DNA of 60,823 bases, the filler included. It is 4 parts of 4 records of this genome, joined end to end, with 100 filler letters (N's around TTAATTAATTAA, not from the genome) between each part and the next. Parts side by side here need not be neighbours in the genome. Positions count along the whole stretch, not along the records: positions 25,254 to 35,752 come from DRR723986_12557; positions 35,853 to 50,070 come from DRR723986_12559; 2 more parts are not named here. One strand, written 5' to 3'. The notes under the pieces were generated by a model. That model had not been told where the DNA came from, made no database searches, and worked only from the letters and a program-made list of their open reading frames with translations. Every line of letters begins with the position of its first letter. The first letter of the stretch is position 1. This document shows, piece after piece, positions 28,912-38,205 of the stretch. The translations under genes and the position numbers were made by a program.

Positions 28912-30672
28912 ATGTCCCTTCTTCGACTCATCCTGGTGGCCCTCCTGCTTGCCGCCTGCGATTCCCAGCCCCCTGGCATCGACCAGGAAAGCCCCGACGA
29001 GCGCCTGCAGGCCTTATATGAGCGGGAATGGGAATGGCGCCAGGACCAGCAAGCCCAGGTGCGCGATGGCGACGACGAGTGGACCGATGCCGACCACTTT
29101 CCCGACGTATCACCGGAAGCCTACGCCGCTCGCCTGAGTTATTGGGAGGACGCACTGGCTACCTTGAACGAGATCCCCCGCGAGCAGCTAAGTGATGAAG
29201 AGCGTATCAATGCCGCGGTGTTCGAGCAGATCGTCACTTCGCTGGCCAGCAACGCACGCTACCGCACTTTTGAGGCACCCCTGAACTCCGACTCCTTCTT
29301 CTGGGGCGGCTTGCACCCGCAGGCCTGGGGCTTCGACAGCCTCGCGGACTATGAACGCTACGTGGGAAGGCTCCGCGACCTGCCGCGGTACTTCGACCAG
29401 AATATCGCCAATATGCGCGCCGGCCTTGAACGCGGCTATACGCCTCCAGCTATTACCCTGGTCGGTCGCGACGCTTCTATTGAGCCCTACCTTGGCTCGG
29501 GCCCGGACAATCCCTTCGCCATTGTGCTCAATCACTTTCCGGCAAATATGGGCGACGCCGAGCGCGAGCGCATCAGCCGGGACGTTCTCGCCGCCATTGA
29601 TGGTGGCGTGACCGAGGCCTATGCAGCGCTGCTGAGCTTCCTGCGGGAAGAATACCTTCCCCATGCCCGTACCGAGCTCGCCGCCCGGGACCTGCCTGAC
29701 GGAGAAGCCTTCTACCGGGCGCAGATTCGGGAATACACCACTCTTGACCTCACGCCTGAGGAGATACATCAGCGCGGGGTGGCGGAGGTCGCCCGCATCC
29801 GCGAGAAGATGGAAGCTATTCTTGTGGAAGTTGCGTTTACCGGCGATATGGCGGCGTTCTTTGAGTTTCTGCGTACCGATCCCCAGTTTTATGCCAGTAC
29901 CCCGGATGAATTGATGGGCGTGGCCGCCTATGTTGACAAGCGCATGGCAGGGCAGCTCGACAAGGTGCTGGGCTTTCTGCCTCGCCAGCGCCACACCATC
30001 CTGCCGGTACCTGACGACATCGCACCGATCTACACCGGCGGCCGCGGTGGCCTGGGTCGCTGCTGGATCAATACCTACAACCTGCCGGTCCGGCCGCTGT
30101 ATACGATTCCCGCCCTGACCCTGCACGAATGTTCACCGGGACATTCCCTGCAGGGTGCCATTTCCCTGGAAGGGCCAGGAGATATTCCCGAGTTCCGCGC
30201 CCATAACTACTTCTCCGGTTACGGTGAAGGTTGGGGGTTGTATACCGAATGGCTGGGCGGCGAACTGGGCATTTACCGTACCCCATACGAACGCTTCGGC
30301 CAGCTGACCTACGAGATGTGGCGCGCAGCCCGCCTGGTGATAGACACTGGCGTTCACCAGTTCGGCTGGAGTCGCGAACAGGCACAGGCGTTTCTACGCG
30401 ACAACGCAGCGTTGTCTGAGCATGAAATTACCACCGAGATTGATCGCTACATCTCCTGGCCCGGTCAAGCCCTCGCATACAAACTTGGTGAAATGCTGAT
30501 TCGGGAGAAGCGTGCAAAAGCTGAAGCTGCCCTGGGTTCCGATTTTGATCAGCGTTACTACCACGACAAGATTCTTGCCCTGCGTTCTGTACCCTTATGG
30601 GTGCTGGCAGAGGAGCTGGACGCCTGGATTGCCGCTCGTGGGCCGAATCCGTATGAGGGTATAGACCTTTAG
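28912..30672 (+). CDS. DUF885 family lipoprotein (probable metallopeptidase)
   Basis: Lipobox LAAC; HECSPGHSLQ, EGWGLYTE, WRAARLVIDTGVH and EIDRYISWPGQALAY motifs. Confidence 0.9.
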   Translation: MSLLRLILVALLLAACDSQPPGIDQESPDERLQALYEREWEWRQDQQAQVRDGDDEWTDADHFPDVSPEAYAARLSYWEDALATLNEIPREQLSDEERINAAVFEQIVTSLASNARYRTFEAPLNSDSFFWGGLHPQAWGFDSLADYERYVGRLRDLPRYFDQNIANMRAGLERGYTPPAITLVGRDASIEPYLGSGPDNPFAIVLNHFPANMGDAERERISRDVLAAIDGGVTEAYAALLSFLREEYLPHARTELAARDLPDGEAFYRAQIREYTTLDLTPEEIHQRGVAEVARIREKMEAILVEVAFTGDMAAFFEFLRTDPQFYASTPDELMGVAAYVDKRMAGQLDKVLGFLPRQRHTILPVPDDIAPIYTGGRGGLGRCWINTYNLPVRPLYTIPALTLHECSPGHSLQGAISLEGPGDIPEFRAHNYFSGYGEGWGLYTEWLGGELGIYRTPYERFGQLTYEMWRAARLVIDTGVHQFGWSREQAQAFLRDNAALSEHEITTEIDRYISWPGQALAYKLGEMLIREKRAKAEAALGSDFDQRYYHDKILALRSVPLWVLAEELDAWIAARGPNPYEGIDL

Positions 30673-30760
30673 AGCCACATCAAGCACATCGTTAGCCCAG
30701 TTGTTATAGTGTACAGGCAGCGTCGGATGACAGCAGAAATGGCAGTTTGCTGGGTTACCA

Positions 30761-33091
30761 ATGGAGGGGAGAAACACGTTAAGCATGGAATTTAACAAGC
30801 GTCTGCTGTTGGTTGGCATCGCCATTATCACCCTCTTCTCTTACACGGGCACGATGTTGCACCTCATCGAGGGAGAGGTTCGTAGCAAGACTGGCGAATC
30901 CCTGACCACGGTACTGAACACCACGCACAAGGCCGTCGAGCACTTTGCCGAAAAGCTCACTACCCATGCGTTGGCCTGGGGTAATCAGCCTGATGTGGTC
31001 GGGCTGACCGAGACACTGCTTGCCACGAATCATAACCGGCCAGCGCCTGGCGACGCGCAGGTGCGGAAGCAGCTCGGCGATTTTCTGAGCCTTTCGCTGA
31101 CCGAACATGAGTTCGAGAATTTTTTCTTGATCGGTCCGGATTACATCAACCTCATCTCCAGCAACGACGAATACTCAGGCGCGGTGAGCTTGCTGGCCAA
31201 CGAGACCGGGGTCCTCGAGCGTGTTTTCGCCGGCGAATCGGTGCTCAGCCTGCACGGTCCGATGGTCACCGGTGGCTCACTGCGCGACCGGGATGGCAGC
31301 ACGATCGAGCTCAAACCGAGGAATTTTGTCGTCGCCCCGGTGCGCTCTGGTGCGGGCGAGGTGATTGCGGCACTCGCCTACAGTATTGATCTGAGCGCGG
31401 AATTCACCGAAATGCTCTCGTTCGGGCGGATTGGCAAGTCGGGCGAGACATATGCCTTTGACCGCCAGGGCTTGCTGCTCTCCGAGAGTCGCTTCGACCC
31501 GCTGCTGCGTCGCTCAGGACTTATCGGTCCGGATCAGGCGGGTATACGGAATCTTCGCCTGAGCGACCCGGGCAGGCTGCTGCAGGAGGGCGTGGCGGTG
31601 GAGGGTAACCCTGCATCGTGGCCCTTGACCCGGAGTGTAGCCAGTGCGACCGCTGGCTATGATGGCGTGGTGCTCGAGCCCTATCGTGACTATCGTGGAA
31701 TCAATGTGATCGGAGCCTGGCTGTGGGATGAGTCACTCGCGATCGGCATGACAACCGAAATCGATGCCCAGGAAGCTTTTGCCGATTATCGCGCCTCACG
31801 GAAAACGCTGCTGGTCCTCAGCGGGCTGTCCGCCGGGATGGTCATTCTGCTATATGCAGGCTTTGAAAGACGCCGTCTGCAACATTTGCGCCAGCAGCGG
31901 GAGATCGAACTTCTGGAGCTTGAATACCGGCAGCTATTCGAAAACGTCGGTGTGGCGATCTGGAACGAGGATCTGCGCGAGGTCCTCGCGGCATTTGATC
32001 ATTTGCGTCAGTCAGGTGTAGAAGATCTGAAGCAGTATCTCCAGACAAACCCAGCGGAGGTCGAGCGGTTGATCGGTGCGGTGCGGATCGTGCGCCTCAA
32101 CTCCGCAGCGACCGCACTGTTCGGCGCCGGGACACCCGGACTGGAAGACGAGGTTCGGAAGCAGGTCTACAACAGCGTCGGCCGGGAGGTACTGGTCGAC
32201 CGTCTCTGCGCCATCTGGGGAGGTGGCAGCGTGTTCAGTGCCGAGATCAACATTCAGCTCAGCAGCGGCAACTCGCTGCGCGTAATCTATTCGCACATGC
32301 TGCCCGACCCCGGGCTCGAGATCACCCGTGTTCCGGTCAGCATCGTTGACATTACCGACTGGCGGAACGCCGAGGCCCAGGTCATTCAGTCGTCCAAGCT
32401 CGCCATGCTCGGCGAGATGGCCACCTCGGTTTCCCACGAGCTCAACCAGCCGCTTAATGTGATTGCCCTGGCGGCCAACAACCTCATCCGCCACCTCGAC
32501 GGCGCTGAAATTGATCCGGAATACCTGGGCTTGAAGGCCGATCGCATCCTGGCGCAGGTGACTCGGGCGTCGAAGGTGACCGATCACATGCGGAACTTCG
32601 GCCGGCTGTCCACGGAGCCCGCCGATCAGATTGATCCCCTGATTGCGATCCGTGAGGCGATCAACATGATAAGCAGCCAGCTGAGGCTTTCGCAGATCCA
32701 ATTGGATATGGATCTACCCGATAAGTGTCCCTTGGTCCGCGGCCATGTGGTGCAGCTCGAGCAGGTAATTCTCAATCTGCTCGTTAATGCAATCGATGCG
32801 ATCAGCGCGCATAGCGACCCTGTACATGGCTGGATCCGCGTCTCTCTTGAATCCGATTCCAGCAGCGTGTGGATCGCGGTCGAGGACAGTGGCGGCGGTA
32901 TCCCGGACAACATGGTCAGCCGGATATTCGAGCCCTTCTTCACGACCAAGAAGTCCGGCGAGGGAACGGGGCTGGGCCTGTCGGTGAGCTTTGGCATCAT
33001 AAGGGACATGGGCGGCAACCTGTCGGTGAGCCAGGGCAAGGAGGGTGCACGTTTCCTCATCAGCCTGCCCGCTAACCTTGTTCCCATCTAA
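30761..33091 (+). CDS. Membrane sensor histidine kinase (Cache-like, PAS-like, HisKA, HATPase)
   Basis: Two TM segments, YRDYRG Cache-type motif, HELNQPL, NLLVNA, DSGGG, FEPFFTTK and GTGLGL; start may be 30785. Confidence 0.92.
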   Translation: MEGRNTLSMEFNKRLLLVGIAIITLFSYTGTMLHLIEGEVRSKTGESLTTVLNTTHKAVEHFAEKLTTHALAWGNQPDVVGLTETLLATNHNRPAPGDAQVRKQLGDFLSLSLTEHEFENFFLIGPDYINLISSNDEYSGAVSLLANETGVLERVFAGESVLSLHGPMVTGGSLRDRDGSTIELKPRNFVVAPVRSGAGEVIAALAYSIDLSAEFTEMLSFGRIGKSGETYAFDRQGLLLSESRFDPLLRRSGLIGPDQAGIRNLRLSDPGRLLQEGVAVEGNPASWPLTRSVASATAGYDGVVLEPYRDYRGINVIGAWLWDESLAIGMTTEIDAQEAFADYRASRKTLLVLSGLSAGMVILLYAGFERRRLQHLRQQREIELLELEYRQLFENVGVAIWNEDLREVLAAFDHLRQSGVEDLKQYLQTNPAEVERLIGAVRIVRLNSAATALFGAGTPGLEDEVRKQVYNSVGREVLVDRLCAIWGGGSVFSAEINIQLSSGNSLRVIYSHMLPDPGLEITRVPVSIVDITDWRNAEAQVIQSSKLAMLGEMATSVSHELNQPLNVIALAANNLIRHLDGAEIDPEYLGLKADRILAQVTRASKVTDHMRNFGRLSTEPADQIDPLIAIREAINMISSQLRLSQIQLDMDLPDKCPLVRGHVVQLEQVILNLLVNAIDAISAHSDPVHGWIRVSLESDSSSVWIAVEDSGGGIPDNMVSRIFEPFFTTKKSGEGTGLGLSVSFGIIRDMGGNLSVSQGKEGARFLISLPANLVPI

Positions 33092-33181
33092 ATTCTAAAA
33101 GGGGTCAGAGCCCTTTTATCCCAGCGCTAACGACTAATTCTAAAAGGGGTCACACTAAAAGGGGTCAGAGCCCTTTTATCC
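33091..33181 (+). repeat. Cluster of GGGGTCAGAG palindromic repeats (two full, one partial)
   Basis: AAAAGGGGTCAGAGCCCTTTTATCC at 33097 and 33157; partial AATTCTAAAAGGGGTCA at 33136. Confidence 0.85.
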
Positions 33182-33355
33182 GCTGATGATTTGCTCCGGC
33201 CGGCATTTGGTCCACAGCCTATAAACCCCGCTTCCCTCTGAAGTCAGTTCTTACACTGCCGACTGTCGCCCAAAATCATGCTGTTGGCGGTCCCGGCCAT
33301 CCAAATGGCATCCATAGGTCAGGACAATGACTCCATCAGCTGGAGGACAAAAGTC

Positions 33356-33550
33356 ATGGCAGCAAACGAAAAACTACAGATCAGATTGAATCCTGAGCAG
33401 AGAGAGCGACTGCGCCAGGTGGCTGCCGCTCGTGGCGTCACGGCCAGTGATGTTCTCAGGGATGCGATAGCCGAGCAGTGGTTCAAGCTGCGTGAGCAGG
33501 GCAGGCTCTCGGCCTTAACCCGTTCTGCCAGGCATCTGGACCAAAACTAA
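33356..33550 (+). CDS. Ribbon-helix-helix (CopG-like) DNA-binding protein
   Basis: GGAGG RBS; LQIRLNPEQRERLRQVAAARGVTASDVLRDAI pattern. Confidence 0.7.
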   Translation: MAANEKLQIRLNPEQRERLRQVAAARGVTASDVLRDAIAEQWFKLREQGRLSALTRSARHLDQN

Positions 33551-33595
33551 AACCACATGCACCGCCTTGCGGGGAAGAATAAAACGGAGAAGAAC

Positions 33596-34117
33596 ATGGA
33601 ACTGACGATCCCTTACGCGAAGATGGAGCTGGAGGTGCTTGACGCCCAGGCAGCTAAAGTTGAAAGAATCGATGTCGTCACTGAACTGACCAATCTCGGT
33701 CTGTCTCAGGAGGGCGTAGCCCGGATGGAGCACCTTTGGGACCAGAAACGCGTGATAGACGATCAGGTCTTTAACGTAGGACGGGTCTTCGTGATTGAAA
33801 TTCTGAATTTTGTTCGGGCCAACCCCAACATGGCCATCGGAGTAGCCGTTGGTGCGTCGGTTGGAGCGCTGGCCAAGCTGATCCCATACCTTGAATCGCT
33901 GCTTGCTCCTGTCGCTGTGTTTTTCGGCGCAGCTGCTGGAACGGCCCTGGGGTCTCAGATCGATCGAGGCAGATCATCTAATGGCATCGTGTTTGTTGTC
34001 GGAGAGGAGATGATAGAGATGGCCAAGCACTTCTATGGCCTGGTTGCGGCGATTTTTAACGCCCTCCAGAACGAGCTCGTGCCAAATCGTGAATTTAGCT
34101 ATATCCGGGCCGTCTAA
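33596..34117 (+). CDS. Hypothetical membrane-associated protein with Gly/Ala-zipper hairpin
   Basis: GGAG RBS; AIGVAVGASVGAL...FGAAAGTALG hydrophobic segments. Confidence 0.72.
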   Translation: MELTIPYAKMELEVLDAQAAKVERIDVVTELTNLGLSQEGVARMEHLWDQKRVIDDQVFNVGRVFVIEILNFVRANPNMAIGVAVGASVGALAKLIPYLESLLAPVAVFFGAAAGTALGSQIDRGRSSNGIVFVVGEEMIEMAKHFYGLVAAIFNALQNELVPNREFSYIRAV

Positions 34118-34130
34118 TGGTCCGGGCTGT

Positions 34131-34153
34131 AAAAGGGGTCAGAGCCCTTTTAT
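34131..34153 (+). repeat. GGGGTCAGAG palindromic repeat
   Basis: AAAAGGGGTCAGAGCCCTTTTAT, identical to the 33097 copy. Confidence 0.85.
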
Positions 34154-34240
34154 GCCAGTGACCCGAAACTCCTGTTCAGGTGCCGGTGATTCAGCTGTCT
34201 TGGCGACCTGCGGTTCCGGGGCGACGCTCTCGTCGTCATA

Positions 34241-34756
34241 CTACTGGCCGTCCTCCGGCTTCCGCAGGGCCACCAGCACCATGGGTACCACCAGTACAGC
34301 GGCCGTCACACCAGCCCAGGCACCTTTGAAAACGGCGTAATGAAACGGCGCAATCTGTTCAATTCCGGCAAGAAAGAAACCCAGCAGGGTCAGTGGTGCG
34401 ATAAGGCACAGGCCTATCAGCCCGAAAACGCCGGCGCTGTGCACCGTTGCCCAGGGGAGTCGATTCGCAAATACCTGAACGGGCGATCCCGGGCCAAGGT
34501 CAATTGCCTGCAGGCGGCCTTTACGGAGTTGGCCGCGCTGCAATGGGATGACAATCAACGCTACGATGAGCGGGAGCAGCAGCGCTGTGGCAACAATGTC
34601 CACCGCGAAGCTATGTTCGCCGCCCCAGGCTAAAGGCGGACCATTTCCAATCAGCCACCAGGCAATCAGCCCATTGAATAACGCATTGGATACACCGCCT
34701 ACGAGCACCTCGTGCCTGAGGTGTTGGCGGGCGGCTAAGGGGTTTGTCTCAATCAT
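34241..34756 (-). CDS. Hypothetical integral membrane protein (about 4 TM)
   Basis: ATG 34756 with GAAGGAAAGG upstream; four hydrophobic segments. Confidence 0.72.
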   Translation of the reverse strand: MIETNPLAARQHLRHEVLVGGVSNALFNGLIAWWLIGNGPPLAWGGEHSFAVDIVATALLLPLIVALIVIPLQRGQLRKGRLQAIDLGPGSPVQVFANRLPWATVHSAGVFGLIGLCLIAPLTLLGFFLAGIEQIAPFHYAVFKGAWAGVTAAVLVVPMVLVALRKPEDGQ

Positions 34757-34911
34757 CGTGCCTTTCCTTCCAGTATCGGCGAATTCTCGCACAGCGTGGT
34801 TGCCGGGTTCAAAGGCGTACCCGCTGTGGCAATGCGCGGGTGTCCGGCTGGAAACCGTGACGTAGGTTGTGCACTGGTATTTCTGCTGTCGCCGACTTAA
34901 TCTCGATACCC

Positions 34912-35682
34912 ATGAACCGCATCGGCCTCCACCTCGCCCGCTTTCTCGAGCAGCCTGTCGCTCACGCGCCCCCGTTTCAGCCGGTAGATCCTGCAACACT
35001 GCAGGCCACACTACGGCCGGCGGATGTGCTACTGGTGGAGGGCTCGAGCCGCATCAGCCTGGCGATCAAGTACCTCACCCAGTCCACCTGGTCCCACGCC
35101 GCCGTTTACGTGGGTGAGGAATTGCGTAAGGTCCGCTCGCCGGCGCCGGCGGGCGCCCTGATAGAAGCGGATCTGCAGCGCGGAGTGGTCGTGGTGCCGC
35201 TCGCCAAATACGCCGTCTACAATGTTCGCATTTGCCGCCCTGTTGGGCTCACCGATGAAGATCGCGCCGCTGTGGTGGGGTACATGATCAATAGCATCGG
35301 TATGCAATACGATCTGCGCAACGTTATCGACCTCATGCGGTACCTGCTGCCCCAACCGCCAGTGCCTTCACGCTGGCGCCGGCGCATGCTGGCGCTCGGT
35401 TCAGGCGATCCCACGCGGGCGATTTGCTCCACCCTGATTGCTCAGGCCTTCCAGTCGGTGCGCTATCCCATACTTCCGCAGGTGAGCAGCATATTCGTGC
35501 GCGAGGAAGGGACCCGAGACCTCCTGATCAGGGAATTGAAGCATATCCGCCATCACAGCCTTTTTACTCCGCGGGATTTTGACGTGTCGCCCTATTTCCA
35601 GGTGATCAAGCCCGCCCTGGAACAACATTTCGATTACCATGCTTTCTCCTGGACAGAGAAGCCGGAGGATTCACCGCTGTAG
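34912..35682 (+). CDS. YiiX/YebB-like permuted papain-like (NlpC/P60) amidase
   Basis: DVLLVEG, STWSHAAVY (His) and later AICSTLIA (Cys), i.e. permuted catalytic order. Confidence 0.85.
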   Translation: MNRIGLHLARFLEQPVAHAPPFQPVDPATLQATLRPADVLLVEGSSRISLAIKYLTQSTWSHAAVYVGEELRKVRSPAPAGALIEADLQRGVVVVPLAKYAVYNVRICRPVGLTDEDRAAVVGYMINSIGMQYDLRNVIDLMRYLLPQPPVPSRWRRRMLALGSGDPTRAICSTLIAQAFQSVRYPILPQVSSIFVREEGTRDLLIRELKHIRHHSLFTPRDFDVSPYFQVIKPALEQHFDYHAFSWTEKPEDSPL

Positions 35683-35699
35683 CCGTGCCGGAGATGGGG

Positions 35700-35722
35700 A
35701 AAGGGGTCAGAGCCCTTTTTTT
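35700..35722 (+). repeat. GGGGTCAGAG palindromic repeat
   Basis: AAAGGGGTCAGAGCCCTTTTTTT 17 nt after the YiiX-like stop. Confidence 0.8.
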
Positions 35723-35752
35723 CGGGCAATAAAAAGGGCCGCACAATGTGCG

Positions 35753-35852
35753 NNNNNNNNNNNNNNNNNNNNNNNNNNNNNNNNNNNNNNNNNNNNTTAA
35801 TTAATTAANNNNNNNNNNNNNNNNNNNNNNNNNNNNNNNNNNNNNNNNNNNN
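35753..35852. other. Artificial contig linker
   Basis: 44 N + TTAATTAATTAA + 44 N. Confidence 0.98.
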
Positions 35853-36010
35853 ATGTTGAATTCTTTTTCGAATTCCATAATCAATTCTACAGTATCAAGA
35901 GAATCAGCACCAAGATCATTGGTAAAGCTCGCCTCCAAAGTTACTTCAGACTCTTCTACGCCAAGTTTGTCAACGATGATGGCTTTTACTTTTTGTGCAA
36001 TTTCAGACAT
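35853..36010 (-). CDS. acpP: Acyl carrier protein, 3' truncated
   Basis: [20 protein letters not shown] phosphopantetheine motif. Confidence 0.96.
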
Positions 36011-36132
36011 TTTGTGATCAGTTTAGTTAATAACACTTCGCAAAGAAATATATTAAATGCCTAATTGGCAAAGAAAAGATTCAAGTAAATTTTTATACAA
36101 ATAGCTGCACCTTGAAGTTGAATTATATTTTC

Positions 36133-36140
36133 TAACTTTG
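36133..36140 (+). promoter_or_regulatory. Bacteroidota -7 promoter element
   Basis: TAACTTTG matches TAnnTTTG, 22 nt upstream of ATG 36163. Confidence 0.5.
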
Positions 36141-36162
36141 TTTTCATTGATTTTTTCACTGA

Positions 36163-36591
36163 ATGAAGAAGGCCAAGTTACTAATTGAACATACCTATGA
36201 TTTCGAGCTTTTGGGGCTTGTATCGCCTGTTAAGGACTATAAAATGGCCTGGCTAATTAACAGGGATTTAGACTTGAACCTTATTAAATCTGATGATCTT
36301 TTATTGGAATTTATGACCCTTCCAAGCCTAAAAATCTCTCAATATTTCCTTTCTTTACCACATGGATTTGTTCAACTTTTAAGAAATAAAGCACTCAACT
36401 CCACAAATCAAGTGTCTTATCTGATACCAGAATTGAAATCAATGGATTATTTCCTTTTGGTCCAAGACGAGACCTTTCAAATAAGTATTAATACATTTGC
36501 GAACCAGCTGGCGAAAAATCGCTACATACAAAATGTCATGAAGCTGGATGTGAGCAAACTTAAATCAAAAGAAAACCTATTAACTTATTAA
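36163..36591 (+). CDS. IPExxxVDY family protein
   Basis: LIPELKSMDYFL motif; directly upstream of pyk. Confidence 0.8.
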   Translation: MKKAKLLIEHTYDFELLGLVSPVKDYKMAWLINRDLDLNLIKSDDLLLEFMTLPSLKISQYFLSLPHGFVQLLRNKALNSTNQVSYLIPELKSMDYFLLVQDETFQISINTFANQLAKNRYIQNVMKLDVSKLKSKENLLTY

Positions 36592-36598
36592 TCCCCTA

Positions 36599-38023
36599 AT
36601 GAGCCAATTCAATAAGACAAAGATTCTAGCAACTATAGGCCCTGCTTCAAATAATTACGAAACAATCAAAAGCCTGGCAGCTGCCGGCGCGAATGTATTT
36701 CGTTTGAATTTTTCACATGGTACGCACGATATCCATGCTGAAGTAGCAGGTATTATTAGACAAATTAATAAAGATGAAGGATTAAATCTCGGAATCCTTC
36801 AGGATCTGCAAGGTCCCAAAATCCGTGTTGGCGAAGTTGAAAACAACGGTGTGGAGATCAAGCCAGGTGAATTGATCACTATTACTAATGACCCGGTAAT
36901 TGGAACAAGCCATCTAGTTAGTACAGTTTACCAAAATCTTCCAAATGATGTAGTTACAGGAGATAGAATCTTGATCGATGATGGTAATCTGGAAGTAAGA
37001 GTAAATGATACGGATGGGAAAAATGTCAATTGTACTGTAATCCACGGTGGTATCCTTAAGTCTAGAAAAGGGATCAACCTTCCTAATACTAAAGTAAGTG
37101 CACCTTCCCTTACGGAGAAGGACATTGAAGATTTGGCTTTCGGACTTGAGCAGGAAGTGGATTGGATCGCACTTTCATTTGTGAGATCAGCCGAAGATAT
37201 TATTGATTTGAAAGAGCGGATTGAAGCGAAAGGCAAAGTTTGTAAGATCGTTGCTAAGATTGAAAAGCCTGAAGCGCTTGATAACATCGATGCAATTATC
37301 GAAGCTACTGATGCAATCATGGTTGCCCGGGGTGATTTGGGAGTAGAAGTTCCAATGGAAATTGTTCCTCTTTGGCAAAAAAGAATTGTTGAAAAATGTA
37401 AGCTTGCCTGTAAGCCTGTGATTATTGCAACCCAAATGATGGAGAGCATGATTACTAATCCTCGTCCTACCCGTGCAGAAACTAATGATGTTGCAAATGC
37501 TGTGTTGGACGGTGCAGATGCTGTGATGCTTTCTGCTGAAACTGCCTCAGGAAAATATCCTGTAAATGCAGTAAAAGCCATGAGTAGCATTATTAGCTAT
37601 TTGGAGGAAAATGCAGATATCTATCACAATCTGTACAAAATCCCTGAGGACGATGATACCTTCTTGAGCAATAACTTGATCTTGATGGCTTCGAGACTTT
37701 CTAGAAATGTAAAGGCAAAGGCTATTGTAGGGATTACCTCTTCTGGCTTTACTGGATTTAGAATTGCTTCTCACAGACCATCTGCCAGCATTTTTGTGTT
37801 TACAAGGAATAAGCCATTAATTACTCAGATGAGCTTAGTTTGGGGTGTGCGTGCGTATTTTTACGAAAATCAAGTGTCTACTGATGCCACGTTTACAGAC
37901 ATAGAAAATACATTGAAGTCAGATGATCACGTGAACTCAGGTGACATCATCGTAAATACAGGTAGCATGCCGCTAAAAGCAAATGGTAGAACCAACATGC
38001 TAAAAGTGCATATAGTAGAATAA
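36599..38023 (+). CDS. pyk: Pyruvate kinase
   Basis: TIGPAS, RLNFSHG, DLQGPKIR, AKIEK, MVARGDLGVE and PTRAE motifs. Confidence 0.97.
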   Translation: MSQFNKTKILATIGPASNNYETIKSLAAAGANVFRLNFSHGTHDIHAEVAGIIRQINKDEGLNLGILQDLQGPKIRVGEVENNGVEIKPGELITITNDPVIGTSHLVSTVYQNLPNDVVTGDRILIDDGNLEVRVNDTDGKNVNCTVIHGGILKSRKGINLPNTKVSAPSLTEKDIEDLAFGLEQEVDWIALSFVRSAEDIIDLKERIEAKGKVCKIVAKIEKPEALDNIDAIIEATDAIMVARGDLGVEVPMEIVPLWQKRIVEKCKLACKPVIIATQMMESMITNPRPTRAETNDVANAVLDGADAVMLSAETASGKYPVNAVKAMSSIISYLEENADIYHNLYKIPEDDDTFLSNNLILMASRLSRNVKAKAIVGITSSGFTGFRIASHRPSASIFVFTRNKPLITQMSLVWGVRAYFYENQVSTDATFTDIENTLKSDDHVNSGDIIVNTGSMPLKANGRTNMLKVHIVE

Positions 38024-38031
38024 GCTACTTC

Positions 38032-38087
38032 TCAAAAACAAAAAAAAGAGTCCTGGGTTTAATTCAGGACTCTTTTTTTGTTTTTGA
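38032..38087. terminator. Bidirectional intrinsic terminator
   Basis: A-tract-GAGTCCTG/CAGGACTC-T-tract hairpin between the convergent pyk and NFACT genes. Confidence 0.88.
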
Positions 38088-38138
38088 TTCTTTTATAAAA
38101 ATACTAAACAGGACAAAGCAAATGTTGCTTTTCAAAAA

Positions 38139-38197
38139 GCACAAGTCTGAAGACTTGCGCCAATTTTGAGAGAACTGATCACTGCAACTGATCACTG
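38139..38197. repeat. REP-like palindrome plus 13-bp tandem repeat
   Basis: GCACAAGTCT-GA-AGACTTGCGC (38139-38160) and AACTGATCACTG(C) x2 (38173-38197). Confidence 0.6.
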
Positions 38198-38205
38198 TCT
38201 AATTT

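Noticed and set aside
29188-30126. Long antisense ORFs (e.g. 29188..30126, 20989..21633, 36928..37590, 50843..51589)
   Set aside because: They are shadow frames opposite well-supported genes and carry no recognisable motifs.
34757-35011. N-terminal extension of ORF 34241..35011
   Set aside because: It overlaps the divergent YiiX-like gene; a better start with RBS exists at 34756.
33091-35722. GGGGTCAGAG repeats as a CRISPR array or integron attC sites
   Set aside because: Spacing is irregular (tens of bp to 1.5 kb), there are no cas or integrase genes, and no RYYYAAC/GTTRRRY boxes.
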